The notes below the pieces were generated by a model, which was given only the letters and a program-made list of their open reading frames with translations, was not told the origin of the DNA and did not search any database. Shown here in pieces: positions 1 to 12,059 of a stretch of 64,000 nucleotides of DNA. Source of the stretch: Vicugna vicugna (taxonomy: Eukaryota); contig MU058221.1 of assembly GCA_013265495.1 (NCBI GenBank), positions 3,596,001 to 3,660,000 of the forward strand. The letters run 5' to 3'. Numbering within the stretch: position 1 is the first letter of the stretch; each line of letters begins with the position of its first letter. Made by a program: the position numbers and the translations under genes.

Positions 1-32
1 GGTTTCAAACTCAAGACATACAGTTTTAAGTA

Positions 33-87
33 TAGATATAATATATGTATGTATGTATGTGTGTGTATATATATATCTATATATATC
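33..87. repeat. Compound (TA)n/(TATG)n/(TG)n microsatellite
   Basis: Direct read: tagatataatatatgtatgtatgtatgtgtgtgtatatatatatctatatatat. Confidence 0.9.
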
Positions 88-1179
88 GACATTTTGTGAC
101 ATTGTATATCCCTTTTGATCACATGATAAAGAAATGATAGATGATGACCTACTAAAATAGGGGTGAACAACTGATTAAAAAGCATAAAAATGCCAAAATG
201 AATGTTAGTTAACTTAAGCTATGTTGCTGTTGTCTCTGACATAGCCAAAAATGCAACAAAAATATTAAGAAAGCAATAAAAAACTAAAAACAAATATTCC
301 GAAAGATGTTATTTTGGAAGGAAATAGTGTTTTCTTTAACCACAAAATATATAAACTTGAAAAGGTTTTGTTAATATCAAATATAGTCCTCTTTTTTTAA
401 AAATCTTGTTCTAATTTTTTTTTCCACTTCCATTTCATTACTATTCAGTCATTCAGCTTTGTGGTTTGGATCACATACACTGCTTATTCAAGCAAGGTTT
501 TAAAGTTCCTCAACTCTGAATTTCAGTTAAATTGCACTTAATTGTGATTGCATATTGGCTGCTAAGATGATAGCAGATACACACATGACACACAGGCTGT
601 TTCCAATTATGAAATTCATATATTTCTTGGCTGTAAGCGTCTTTCCCTATGTCTAAGTAGTGTTGAGATAAAATCCATCCTTAGACCTTCCTAATTGCTT
701 CTGTTATACGTGTTTATGTAGGTCCCCCCCCTTAAGTCTGCAGCGGCTCTAATATTGATATAAAATTATGCAAACCATGGGTATTGATCTCAGTCCTTTT
801 TTATTTGCTTGCTTGTTTGTTTCTGAGCTGCTTTTAGATTTCCCTCACCTCTCCTTGGTTAGATATTCTTGAGGCTTGAAAAGGCTTTTCTCATTCCTAG
901 GTTTACACACACGGTATCATGGTGGGTTTCATTGCTGGCACATAGCAGGCTGTCAGTAAAAGCTGGCGAGCATTGCATCTGAAACTTACGGTGGATACAA
1001 AGCCTTGCTATGAATTTTCTCTGGGGTTTGATTCTGTGGCTCTGTTTTTGTTAGGTCAGGCCTTCTTGGGGTCTCAGATGGCTAATTTTGTATCATCAAT
1101 TGAATTGTTTCATACAATAATGTGAACCTATCATTAGGATGGTGGAAATAATCTAATTTACTCTTTGTGTTTTAAAATA

Positions 1180-1445
1180 ATAATGAAACTATCACTTAAT
1201 ATTCACATCACTTACTTGACAATTACTGTGCCTTCTGGGTACCATATTATCTCATTTCAACTTCAAAGAATTCTGTGAAACAAGAAGGGTAGTTATTGTT
1301 AGCCATTCTCTACCTTATTTTATTGGTACGACCTGAAACTCAGAGATGTAAATTGATTTACTCAAGGTCAGCCAGCCAGGCAAGAAGCAGCAGAGGCAAA
1401 ACTCCAGCTGGCGAGTTTTGGCCTCTGGCCTGGTCCTCTTTTTCC
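1180..1445 (-). mobile_element. MIR SINE relic
   Basis: Degenerate match to the reverse MIR core (ctgaaactcagagatgtaaattgatttactcaaggtcagccagc versus recalled gaaactgaggcacagagaggttaagtaacttgcccaaggtcacacagc). Confidence 0.7.
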
Positions 1446-1670
1446 TACAACATACATCCTCCTGGATCTCCAGTCCTATGATCTTTTACAAAACGCTGGC
1501 CTGGGTTACACTCATCTTCTGCCCATCTTACTCTGACTTAGATTCCTGTGACTGAGAATACGAAGAACTGAAAACTAAAATGTTTGATCCAGCCCTTAAA
1601 TGTTTGATACCCCAGATTTTGGAATTTCAGAATAAATCAAAGCTCTTTGGCAGGAGATTAGGGAATCATT

Positions 1671-1715
1671 AAAACAAAAACAAAAACAAACAAACAACAA
1701 AAACAACACTACCAC
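1671..1715. repeat. (CAAA)n-like A-rich simple repeat
   Basis: aaaacaaaaacaaaaacaaacaaacaacaaaaacaac read directly. Confidence 0.85.
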
Positions 1716-2195
1716 CAAAAAACCTTTTGCTTCCAGTTTCTCAGGGAAAAGAGAACAAAAAACACACACTCTCATCATGCAAATTAGCATCTGATAACAG
1801 TCCCCGTGTTTTCTATGAACACTTATTCTTTATCATGTAATTTGGAAGGTAGGGTGGAAAAGGACATTTGAGGTCAACTAAATTAATTAAAACTGTGTGT
1901 GGTGAAGCAACTTCTAAATGCTAACTGATAATTATGGGGTTTAAAATGTATTGCTTGCAGACTTATCTGGACATATTAGGAATTATTGCAGAAAAACTGG
2001 AGATATATATGCATGTAAAAGAGAGAGAGAAAAAGAGCCTTAAAGAAAGAAATAGAGGGCAAGTTACACTTGGCAGCGGCTGCCAACCCAGAAGTGGAAC
2101 AACACTTGAAGATGGCCCATTCTAATGTCATCACACTTAGCATGAAGCCCAAGACTACAGAGCAAAAGGCCCAAAGAGAGAAACTGAAGACATAC

Positions 2196-2429
2196 CATAG
2201 GCAGAAATACTGAAATTGGCCTGATGCTTGCTTATTCGGGATTGCCATGCTGCCTCAAGAGGCCACCTCTTCAGAGAATCCTCCAAAATCAATGGAGCAA
2301 ATACTCCAACCAGCATATGGCACCTAATGGATGGATTCACTGATTAACTAATTCGAAAATCATTTTGACTTCATGCCGCTTGGTCCCAGAGCTCATCCTG
2401 TGGTTATTCCCCGGACCTGGAGTGCGTAA
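2196..2429 (-). other. Candidate non-coding exon (234 nt)
   Basis: Minus strand reads gctgattgcgtctctttcag|TTACG (branch-like CTGAT, pyrimidine tract, CAG) and CCTATG|gtatgt. All three frames contain stops. Splice-site pattern only. Confidence 0.3.
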
Positions 2430-3529
2430 CTGAAAGAGACGCAATCAGCAGTTGACAGAATCCCAACGTTGATTCCTTGTTCTGTAGAGTGAGGGCTGCC
2501 GTGGTAGGAAAGCCAGGTGGAAGCCACTGGAACTGCCTGTCCCTGGGAAAATAGCAAACCCAAAGCAATCCTGCACAGCTGGAGGAACTGCAGAGATCCC
2601 TGCTACCACGTGGACTCGAGAGACGCAGGGTGGGATGCTCGCCACATCCCCATCCTCTCGCCTGTTTGACCTACGCCTTAGACAGGCGGATCCTGGAGAA
2701 TGGCAGTGCGTTGTCACAAGCTTCACTGGACGGTGACTCCAATCACAGTGCTGAACCAGATGTGGTTTCATTGCTTGAGCAAATGGACACATACCCTGGC
2801 GCTGGAAAACGCTTCTCTTCTCTGTCCTTTTTTAATAAACACCAGCAGAAGCAGGTTGATTTTTAGGTGGGAAGACCATCAATCCCCCATCACTGTCCTT
2901 TCTTAGAGGGGGGATTTACTAGGAGAAAGTGTCCAGTTTTTTTTTGCTTAAGTTTGCGGAATTCCTCATTAGCTCTGGCCAAAGGATGCAGTGGAGCAAT
3001 TTTGGATTAAACTTTTCATTTTGGAGGACTCTGCATACCAGTCAAAACAATGCTTTCCATTTGGGCCTGATTCATCTGATTCCCCAACTTGTCTAAGGTG
3101 TTTCTCAAATGAGTAATTTTGTTCAAGTTAAATAGTCCCCAGAGTGGCCACACTCGAAGTCCCAGATTATCCTTGATGGAGTGGTGCCCCGTAGAAACAG
3201 AGCTGCGAGAGCTGAGGTGGTAATGAGAGTGCACGCAAGCAGCAGAAGGGTTTCCTGCAAGGGGAGAAGGTTTGTCTTTTGAGAGTGCAATGAAACCTAG
3301 AAATATCAGAAAGAAGTAATACTTGCACATCTCATGTCTCAGACCCCTTAACTTGATGGTTGGCCGCCTCCAGACACAAACCCAACATTTTGCAGCTGTT
3401 GGCAGGTGAAAACCCTGAGAGAACCTGCTGCCTGGATCAAAGCCAAGGTCTCAGGACAAAAGAAAAAAAAAAAAAGAGGTAAAAAGAGAACTCCATCCTG
3501 TTCTACTGGTAGCTCGCAGCCAAGTTAGT

Positions 3530-4720
3530 CCAAATGCACGCCTGTCTGGTGAGATCCTCAAACCCACTGGTGTGTGAAGCCCGTCTGTACAACAGGATAA
3601 AAGGGCCTCCGTCCGCGTTCTGTGCCTCTCCTCCTTATGACAAGCAACGCGAAACAGAGCAAAGAGGGACGGAGGGGGGCTTGATTCCACCAAGGGCACC
3701 AAACGAATAGAACCCAGCGACAAAATCGAGGACCGCGCTGGCGGCAAGGAGCGCGGGCGCCCAGCGCAGAGAGCCGCGTGCAGGCCGCGCGGGGGACCCC
3801 AGCCGCGGGGCGCCCCGGCCTCCGGGCCTGGAGCTGAGGCCGCGGGCCGCGCACACTGGGCCTCCGCGACCCCCGCGGCCACGAGCGCAGAGCGCCCAGA
3901 GGCGAACACGCCAAGGCCGTGAGTTCAGAGCCGGCTGCAGCCACGGTGTTGGCCGCCGTCACCTGTGTTTCTGCGGAGCCCCCGAGGCAGCGAAAAGCAG
4001 GACGGCCTTTTAGCCGTCGGAGGGCAAGACGTCGGTCGGCCACGTTCGCTCGCAGGCTGTTGGCATGCATGAGTGCAGAGGACGTTATTTTCACAGCGCG
4101 TCTGAAAATGCAGAGACATCCATGGCTGAAGATGTGAGCTGTCCCCTCCTGCGAGCTCTTAGGGAGATTCGCGATGAGCCGTCCTCAAAGATGAAAAACG
4201 CTGGAAAGCCCGCCACTGAAGAAACACTTTCAATTCGAATATCCCCAAACTATTCCTGGCAGCCTTCTTTTACAGACTTCACTGATGTTCTAGAGAAAGG
4301 ATTTTACGAAACCCTTATGTTCAACCACCGTTAGGCTCCTGACACCTGAGAACGGGTAGAAGCCCGTCCTCCAAGGCCAGAGATGCGCCAGCTGACAGAT
4401 AAACGGCCGCAGCGAGGGTAGGTCGAATCCTGCTTCGATATCCATCTGTATCCCAAGAACTGTCTTCCAGTTTCCACTTGTACGAAATAGAAGGTGTATT
4501 TTGCACTTCCTGTCTTCTTTCTTTGCCTTCCCCGTCGTCCCGTCCTGCCGAGCCAGGTGTCCGGCCAGCACATCGCTGTTGGCTGTGTGCTGTCTTTGGA
4601 ATATTCAGACCTTCCAGTGTTGGCAGCTTTTAGAGGCCATGACGGGGTTAGAAAGGGCGAAATTATGGAGAATGTTGGTCAGGTGTCAGTCTGCATGGTC
4701 AGACAGTCCTTCCCGAGGCG
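3530..4720. promoter_or_regulatory. CpG island, probable promoter/first exon of an unidentified gene
   Basis: Very dense CpG and high GC, peaking at ~3720-4050 (gcgcgggcgcccagcgcagagagccgcgtgcaggccgcgcgggggaccccagccgcggggcgccccgg) against an AT-rich background. Plus-strand donor GCC|GTGAGT at 3919. Confidence 0.85.
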
Positions 4721-7089
4721 GCTCAGCTAATGCCCTTCCTTTCCTCAAGGTCTGGGGAAGGGTGTTGCCCTAGAAGGTTCCTTCTACTCGGTAGGCTTGC
4801 ATTTGTCCTGTGGTGTCTTTTAAAGGTGCAGCCCTGCTTTGCGTAACGCTGCTAGTTGGGAGCAGCACCCTGCAGGCTTCTTTCTTCTTCCTTACTCACT
4901 AGGAGACAAGAGAACAAAATAAATAAAAAGCAGTAAGACAGTCTTGAATCCACTAATATCTGAGAAGCCTACAACTTGCTTCTCTGGACGAAAGCTGTCT
5001 TGGTGTTAGTGGCTGCGAAAGGGTTAACATCGTTACCCATTCTGCACGCATCGGCATTTTAAATCGGAGCACTTAAGACAAACGTTGTTTTGAGAGAAAA
5101 CTGACCCCTAATAAGGGCCTTCCAAGCATTCAGGGGAGATGGTGGTGATGAATCCTGAACAGTAAGGAGCTGTGCCAGTGACTACTCTGTACAGCAAGTT
5201 GGCAGCTGCTCGTAACACAATGGGGAGAGTATCTTCCTGGGGTCGTGGGACGGGTTCTAAGTTTATCATATATTATAATATATCATAGTATATTATGTAT
5301 GATATCATAGTTCTAATTTCTATCCTTCTCCCCCTCCCAAAAAAAATTCCTGTTCTTTTATCTTTTCCCATGGACTAGACTCACCATCTACTTGAGATAC
5401 AAACCAAAAGGGTAATTATGTAAGTCTTTCATTTCTGGAAGCGTTACCCAGTTCTGTCTGAAAGAAAACTTGAAGCACGCTGAAATAGTTTTTAGCGTCA
5501 TAAATGGTAGGTGAGATAACTGACCTGAGAGGACTTTCCACTGACTTCCTAGTGAGCGGAGATCTTTGCGAGTCTTTGAGAAAGATGAGGGGTATATCCT
5601 CAAAATGTCCATAAATTGTGCTTCCCCCTAAAAAAGTAATTTGAAACCGATCAGACTGGTAACGAGAAAAATGAGAATCAAAGCGAACCAAAATGAAGGG
5701 ACCTCGTGTAAAACTGACCTGAAATGAGAGCCGTCCCTCCCTGACTGTGCTGGTTGTGGCTCTGTACAAAAGCTGTCTAACGTCTAGATACTCGGGAACA
5801 GGATAATGTTTTTTCATCAACGTATTCTCCATAAGAAGAAAGTTTTACATTAGTACTGAAGAGTATGTAGTCTTACTAGTTAATACTGTAAGTTAGGACA
5901 TTCGTCAATGAAGAGCCGGACCACATTTATAGATCTAAGCGGAGACATAAATCTCACCGAAAGTCTTCACCGACAGTTACACACTTAGTCCCATGGGATG
6001 CAAAGGGAAATGGACAGAGGGGAGGGGTGTACACGGTGACACACACCCTTAAATAACAGCTGAGATCCTCTTCCCCTTGAAAGCCTGGCTGACCTGCTCT
6101 CTGATGTTACCCAGTGCTGTGTTTGCACCACTTTTATGAATTCCCACTTTTAGATGTTTATATTTATGTATTTTAGTATCTGCTAAATATTCCATTTTCT
6201 GCAGGTGGATGCCATTTTATTTTTTTGAGCCTAAGATTGCCACTATATCTGGGACCTGTTACACAGTCAGAACCCATTGGTTCAATGAGAGGATTTTTGT
6301 ACCACAATCACTGTCTCCAACTCCAGTTTCATGTTACTGACCCATAAAGTGAAACATTTCCGATCGTCCAGTAGACATCCAAAGCTCTTGCATGCATCAG
6401 AGTTTGTTGGGGCTGTTTGATTCGTCAGGAGACAGACCCAAGAGGTGTGACCTTCTCAAGTTAGCATTACAAATAAGGGAGTTTCTAAACCAAAAGACAT
6501 GTTATTTGATTTCTAGTACTGTGGGCTCCTTTCTGCCTACCACTTTGCTGTACAGGAAATGGACAGCACAAAGTTAAGACTTGTCTCTCTTACGCTCTTG
6601 GCCAAGGAATAACGCTGTACTAACATTACAGGACTGAGACTCTAAGAAGGGCACATATTTGACACTAACCTCAATCTGTTGTCCTTGTGAGTTTACCGTT
6701 TTTAACATTAGCACAGATGTCTGTCCCCTGTAGTTGCAGAATACTTATTAATGCATCTGAATTTGCTATCGCCATGAACTGTGTGAATCTCTCAGGGAGG
6801 AAGCCATCTAATCTCCACGTGATCTCATGGAGCAAGTACAGATAGAAAGATGAGAACATGCCTTCTTCCAGCAGAGCCGGTGAAGGGAGGAGCGGGAATT
6901 TGGCGCCAAGCCACTTCAGGACACCACAGACATCTTAGGTCTGGGCAGTTTTGTTTTCTATTCTACCAGAGAGTCAAAACTTTATATTCTTTTTCAGAAT
7001 TCTTCCAGGATTCCAAAGTACATTTCCTCATATACTCTTCAGCTTAAAATGTTAAGGTGTTTGCCTCCCACGGTACAGTGTCTCTTACC

Positions 7090-7500
7090 CTAACTTTCCC
7101 ACCTGGTCTCATTTCCCAGATTTACTCCATCCACAAGTTCTGGTATTTGTCTAGACCAGACTGTTCACTCTCCCTATGACAATCTTGTTTGCCTCCAGTA
7201 CTTTCATTCATCTTTTCCTTTTGCCGGGTGATCTGTTTCATGAGGAAGTCTTCCTTTCCCAATTCTCTGAACCGTAAGCTGCTACAGTTTTGTTCAGTGG
7301 TTCGCTTTTTCTGAATTCTTCACAATCGCTCCAAACAGCTAAACTTTTCTTCTAGTATTTCAGTGCAACTCACCTGACTAAACTAAGCCCTGAAAGGGTA
7401 ACTTTGTATATTATTTGCTTCTTTCTCTCCAGGACCTGAAATAGGGTCTGGGGTTGCGAACCATGAAATGTGTCTCTCTTCAGTGAATTAATTGAAAGCC
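7090..7500 (+). mobile_element. L2 LINE 3' end relic
   Basis: Pyrimidine-rich degenerate L2 3' region ending ...cagtgaattaattgaa. Confidence 0.5.
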
Positions 7501-7574
7501 CCAGGTCCCAAAAGACAGCACTGTAGCCTCTTCAAAAGTGAATGGACGTGATATCACCCATGGCTGGCAGGCCC

Positions 7575-7800
7575 TGTGTCACAAAGGTTAAGACTGAGCT
7601 TTGGAGCCAGACTCCCGAAATCCAAATTCTGGCTTGTTGCCGTTGGGTTTTGAGTTAATTCATCTCTTCATGCCTCTTCAGTCTCTTCATTTGTAAATTG
7701 GATAATACTGGCATTGGAGTGTTATTTTAATGACATAACCTAGATTGTATATAAAAGATTTAAACTCATGACCTATCTCAGTGGCATAATAAATACTATC
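7575..7800 (+). mobile_element. MIR SINE relic
   Basis: ggttaagactgagctttggagccagact...tctcttcatttgtaaattggataata matches the MIR 5' end and core. Confidence 0.75.
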
Positions 7801-9121
7801 CTGCAAATCTGCTTTACCTACAGCCAAGTAGAATTCATTTCACAGAGCAGCTTCTTATGTGGCTCATTCATTGTCAGGGTAATTCCTTTTAAAGCTTACG
7901 CCGTATGCGTTCCATATTCATACATCCTGACAGAGTCTAAATAGTCTTAATGTTTGGATAGTGGCATCTTGGTACTTGACCCACAATGACAGTATCTAAT
8001 CAGTCAATGAAATGCCGGCTCACCAGAGACAGTCAGAAAGGGATTAATCTAAGCAGACAGACCTATTATGATAGATTACAATTACAGGGGGACATGTGAA
8101 TGAGCATTTGGTGTCTTCATTAAGCATCTAACTTTCCTCCCTCACAGAAATGAAGGCAACCTGCCTAAGCAAGACATGTAATAGTCTCTCAGAGAATAAC
8201 TCCCTGAAGACCCATTCTATTTGCAAGACAGTATTTTCTCCCCATTTAAAAATGGCTTGACTTCAAAAGCAGCAATTTGTTTAGCTAGTTATAAGTCCAC
8301 ATCTAACTACCAGCCATTATTTAGAGAAGAATTATCTAGGAAAAAGTGGAGAGGTATCTTTTTGTCGTATTTTCTTTTATCTTGTTTATTTATGATATCT
8401 TTAAACATCACCGAGAATAGAAAGGAAAGCTTTTGCTAAATGCATCCCTCTTTTCAATATATTTCACAGACGTTCAGATGGCGTGCTTCTCCCCAATTTC
8501 CAAATTCTAAATGTCTAAAATAGAATCTATTTTCTATGTTTTTGTTGTAACAAATATTTAGGTTTTTTTAAAAAAGCATCATTTGGAGTGGTGGATGTAT
8601 AGAAATTCCATCCAAGGGTAACTGGTAAACCCCAAAATAGATTAGTATTTCATGCTCTGAGGTATACACACCCCACACTCTGCTCTAAATAAACAGTACT
8701 AATGGTAATTAATCCCTTTCAAATTTTCTGTACCTTCTCTTTCTCCTCTTTGTTGAAAATCTTAGTATGTCAATCAAAGTCTCTTACCAGGATTTAGAGG
8801 TAGGGGGGTTCTAGAAGTCTTACATTCTAATTACCTTCCCTTCAAAGAATACTGAGGCTGTAGAGTTCTGCCTGAGAGTCACCCCAATATTATATAATTT
8901 AGTTTATTTTAGCGATCAAAGGAATCAATGCAGCATTTATCAGACTCAGACTCAGGGACACTAGAAAATGGAGATTTGGGGTTTACAAAAAAATAGGTGT
9001 ATTTGGTATAGACAGAAGCTTCTTTATTTGGGGGGCACAAATTACGTATCAGTATAAGGTAATTAGTAGATCCAAATGGTAGCTGACTCATGTTTAAGTC
9101 TCTCCTTTTATCGCATGGTGG

Positions 9122-9721
9122 TGTGGGTTCGTCACCAGTTGTGGGTTCTGGCCAGCAGAGGTCCCACCGAGACGGTATGAATTACTCAAGACTCTGGGGA
9201 AAAGTCAAGAGAGCGAGAGGGAGTCGGGAGCCAACTCCACGAGCCTGTCAAATCTCTCATATTTATTGAGCACATTCGAAGCAGGAATTTAGGGAAGGAC
9301 AGGGTGGGGTCACAGTGAGTACAAAGGCTTGTTTACTGTTGGTGTTTGGCTCAAGGTCAGAAGACCCTTTCTGGTGACTCATAACCGTGTTGAGCCTTTC
9401 AGCTCATGGGACGGAGCGTATGAGAATCAGTTGCTTGACGAGATTTTCCTGGACTCAGGCAGCCGTGCCTGTCTCAGGTTGCCCCCTCGGGGGTCTTACC
9501 CATCAGTGGCTACCCAGACTTCTCACCTCTGAGTCTGCACCTACCATTCCAGCCCAAGGCTGTTTTGGGGATAGAAGACTAACAGCAGGCACGCCCAGCG
9601 TTTATAGCCGGGGGCCTGGGTCATTGTTAAAACCTCAGGGCAATTACTAAGCACATCTTCTTTGAGGAGATAAGCAGCTGGGATCCGTTACAATTTGTTA
9701 ACCCAATCGTGGGCTCCCACA
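9122..9721 (-). mobile_element. Young ERVK (class II)-type solo LTR, 600 bp
   Basis: TGTGGG...CCCACA inverted termini; perfect 6-bp TSD TGGTGG (9116-9121 and 9722-9727); AATAAA on the minus strand (tttatt near 9262); CpGs largely retained. Confidence 0.9.
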
Positions 9722-11261
9722 TGGTGGTATGAAGTCGATCTTTCCTTTAGCACATCCATGTGCAAACCCCCCTTCTCCTAGAGCAGAGTCATGCAGGCAC
9801 CCTGGTCCTCAAGCTACAGTGTGGACTGTTGTATCTACAAGGCAGGTTTTTCCAGGTTAGGACACTATTACCTGGACCTAGTCTCTACCTTCTCTTTTCC
9901 AGTAGCAAGTATCTATCTAGTAAAGCATTATATTGGAAACTGCTCTTTGATTTCAGTTCATATTGAGATTGATTTCATCTCAGTGCACTGACTGGTTATT
10001 GATATTTTTTTTTTCTGACATCGTCACTAATGCTAACAAGCAATAGGAAAGTGAGGACATACAGATTTTGAGAGGCTCAAATATAAAATAAACTGAATAA
10101 ATCTCTGCTGGTGGGAATTTCAGGTTCCTTGGCAGGTTACAGTATTAAGAGACGCAGAAATATTTTAAGGCAGCCAAGAATGAGTTTGTGAAAGAGTGTA
10201 CTAGTTGAATGTCATAAATCTTAATTACCCTAATCCACTTAAGAATCTCTAGAAGTTGTTTGTCTTCCGAAGTCACTTCTGATTAGTGGAATATTATCCT
10301 GGAAATCTTATTGTTGTTTGGCTTCTGATCACCTAAGAAATTTTTTTCCCCTATTGTTCCCACCATGGAGACGGAGGTGGGCAATGAGCACTCTCACAGC
10401 GCTCCGCCTGAGGTGGCTTTTCATACATCTGGATTCCAGGGAACAGAGGTCTGGATGAAGCTGTTCTCTTTCCCTTTTTATCCTGTTTTCACATTTGGCA
10501 AAACCCACAGCAGACTCTCGGAGGACACAGGGAGACACGTGGCTTTGGTTTGGTCTCTTTCCAAATTATCTGGGGAGGTCTGTTGGGAGCGAAGCTAAAC
10601 ATATTTGATTTGGGGATCTGTTCATTCTTCTTCATGAAGCACCACACTCTTTACCATTTGTGAAGGGGAAAGAAAAATCTTGCATGAAATATACACTCAG
10701 GCAAAGGAGTAAATAAATAAAACCTTGTTTGCCTCCCTATTCTTCAACTCTCCCTTGTAAAACGTATCTGTTACTATGTTTGAGGCTCTAATTGGTCTAT
10801 TTGCATATTGGCAGTTTAACTCAGTGTTACAGTTTCCTTGCCACAGAAGGTGCAAGTTCTAGTTTCATTGATCTAATTAGAAAAATTTACATATTGGCAG
10901 ACCTTGGAAGACTCTACCTGGAACATCTTCTTTGCATTTATTTAAATATTGTTCTAAGCCTCCGGGCTCTGCCCTTTGGATGTGAGCTAGTTTATCAACA
11001 GTTAGCACGCCCTGGTGTCCTCTAGAAGTGTTCGAAGTCCTCTGCTTTCAGGAATTTGGTACTTGATGGATCTCCCTTCGTAAATAGTCTGCCGTGCATG
11101 GTATAGTGCTCATGTTTGGTTTTCCTCACGAACTGGTGCACAACTGATGCTGCTTGCACAAGCCACTAGAAGAAATTTATATCCTTTGTGTGCAAGAGTC
11201 CCATTTAAAAACAATATGTTTTTATGTTACATTTTATGGAAAATTGCATGAACCACAAGAG

Positions 11262-11652
11262 AATGCAAAGCAAAAGTGCCCTCTGGCTCTCCTGTGTGCA
11301 AGCCCCACTGGCCTTCAAAGCCAGACCTTCTAGAGGCTCTTCTCCATGTAGGACCTGTGGGCTGGGGGGCTCAACATGGCGCTCCAGCCCCTCACTCTTT
11401 GGGGATAACATGCAACTGTGATTCTCCTCTCACCGGTGGGCCCCCTGCCCAGGGATGTGCATCTTGACTATCCTACATCTCCAGCCCTCCTGTCCACTTT
11501 GTTATCTTTCCTTCTTGACGTCTTCAGTTGTCGAGATTATTTTCAGCTAATCTTCAGGTTGTTCTCGCTGATAGCGGCTCTGTGAATAGTTGTAATTTTG
11601 ATGTTCCCGTGGGAGGAGGTGAGCTTAAGGTCCTCCTACTCAACCATCCTCA
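11262..11652 (-). mobile_element. LINE-1 5' UTR fragment
   Basis: Minus strand begins gaggatggttgagtaggaggaccttaagctcacctcctcccacgggaacatcaaaattacaactatt, like the recalled L1 5' start caagatggcggagtaggaggac...gagctcacctcc. Related to 32167-32770. Confidence 0.75.
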
Positions 11653-12059
11653 ACATTTCTCCCACATTAATATTTCTTTTGTATGAGCCCTGGTACAGGC
11701 AGGGCAGGAGTTCACAAGATGTTTCATTTCAAATAAAAAACAAACAAAAAAAAAGATATATTGTTGTTTGCCAGTGCTGAGAAATTTTGATCATCTTGTC
11801 TAGGAAGAAATTTATTTCTCTCTGAACTGTTATGTAACAAACAGAATAAACGATCAAATCTATATTTGAAGTTTCAAAGATCTGGAGAGAAATCCAACAG
11901 AAAGAAGAAAACAATAAAAAAAAAAAAGAAGAAATTCCGTATTAGATTATGACCATAATTCTACAAGTCTGTAAGTCAGTCTAACATGGATGAAACTGTC
12001 AATCTTTGGCTAGGAGAATTCACCAATTCCTCCTTCTATCAGATTAAAGATATTTTAAT

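Noticed and set aside
3451-4137. Long ORFs over the CpG island (152 aa, 178 aa and others)
   Set aside because: Ala/Arg/Pro/Gly-rich frames overlapping on both strands are expected from stop-codon scarcity in GC-rich DNA. No recognisable protein.
5416-5832. 138-aa minus-strand ORF
   Set aside because: No recognisable domain and no convincing splice context. It lies in the CpG-island shore.
6905-6912. tggcgcc resembling a tRNA-Lys primer-binding site (near 6901-6907)
   Set aside because: The match stops after 7 nt, and there is no adjacent LTR end or internal ERV sequence.
10358-10598. Perfect Kozak CCCACCATGG opening a 77-aa ORF
   Set aside because: No homology recognised, no strong splice sites or promoter context. 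One such context can occur by chance in 64 kb.
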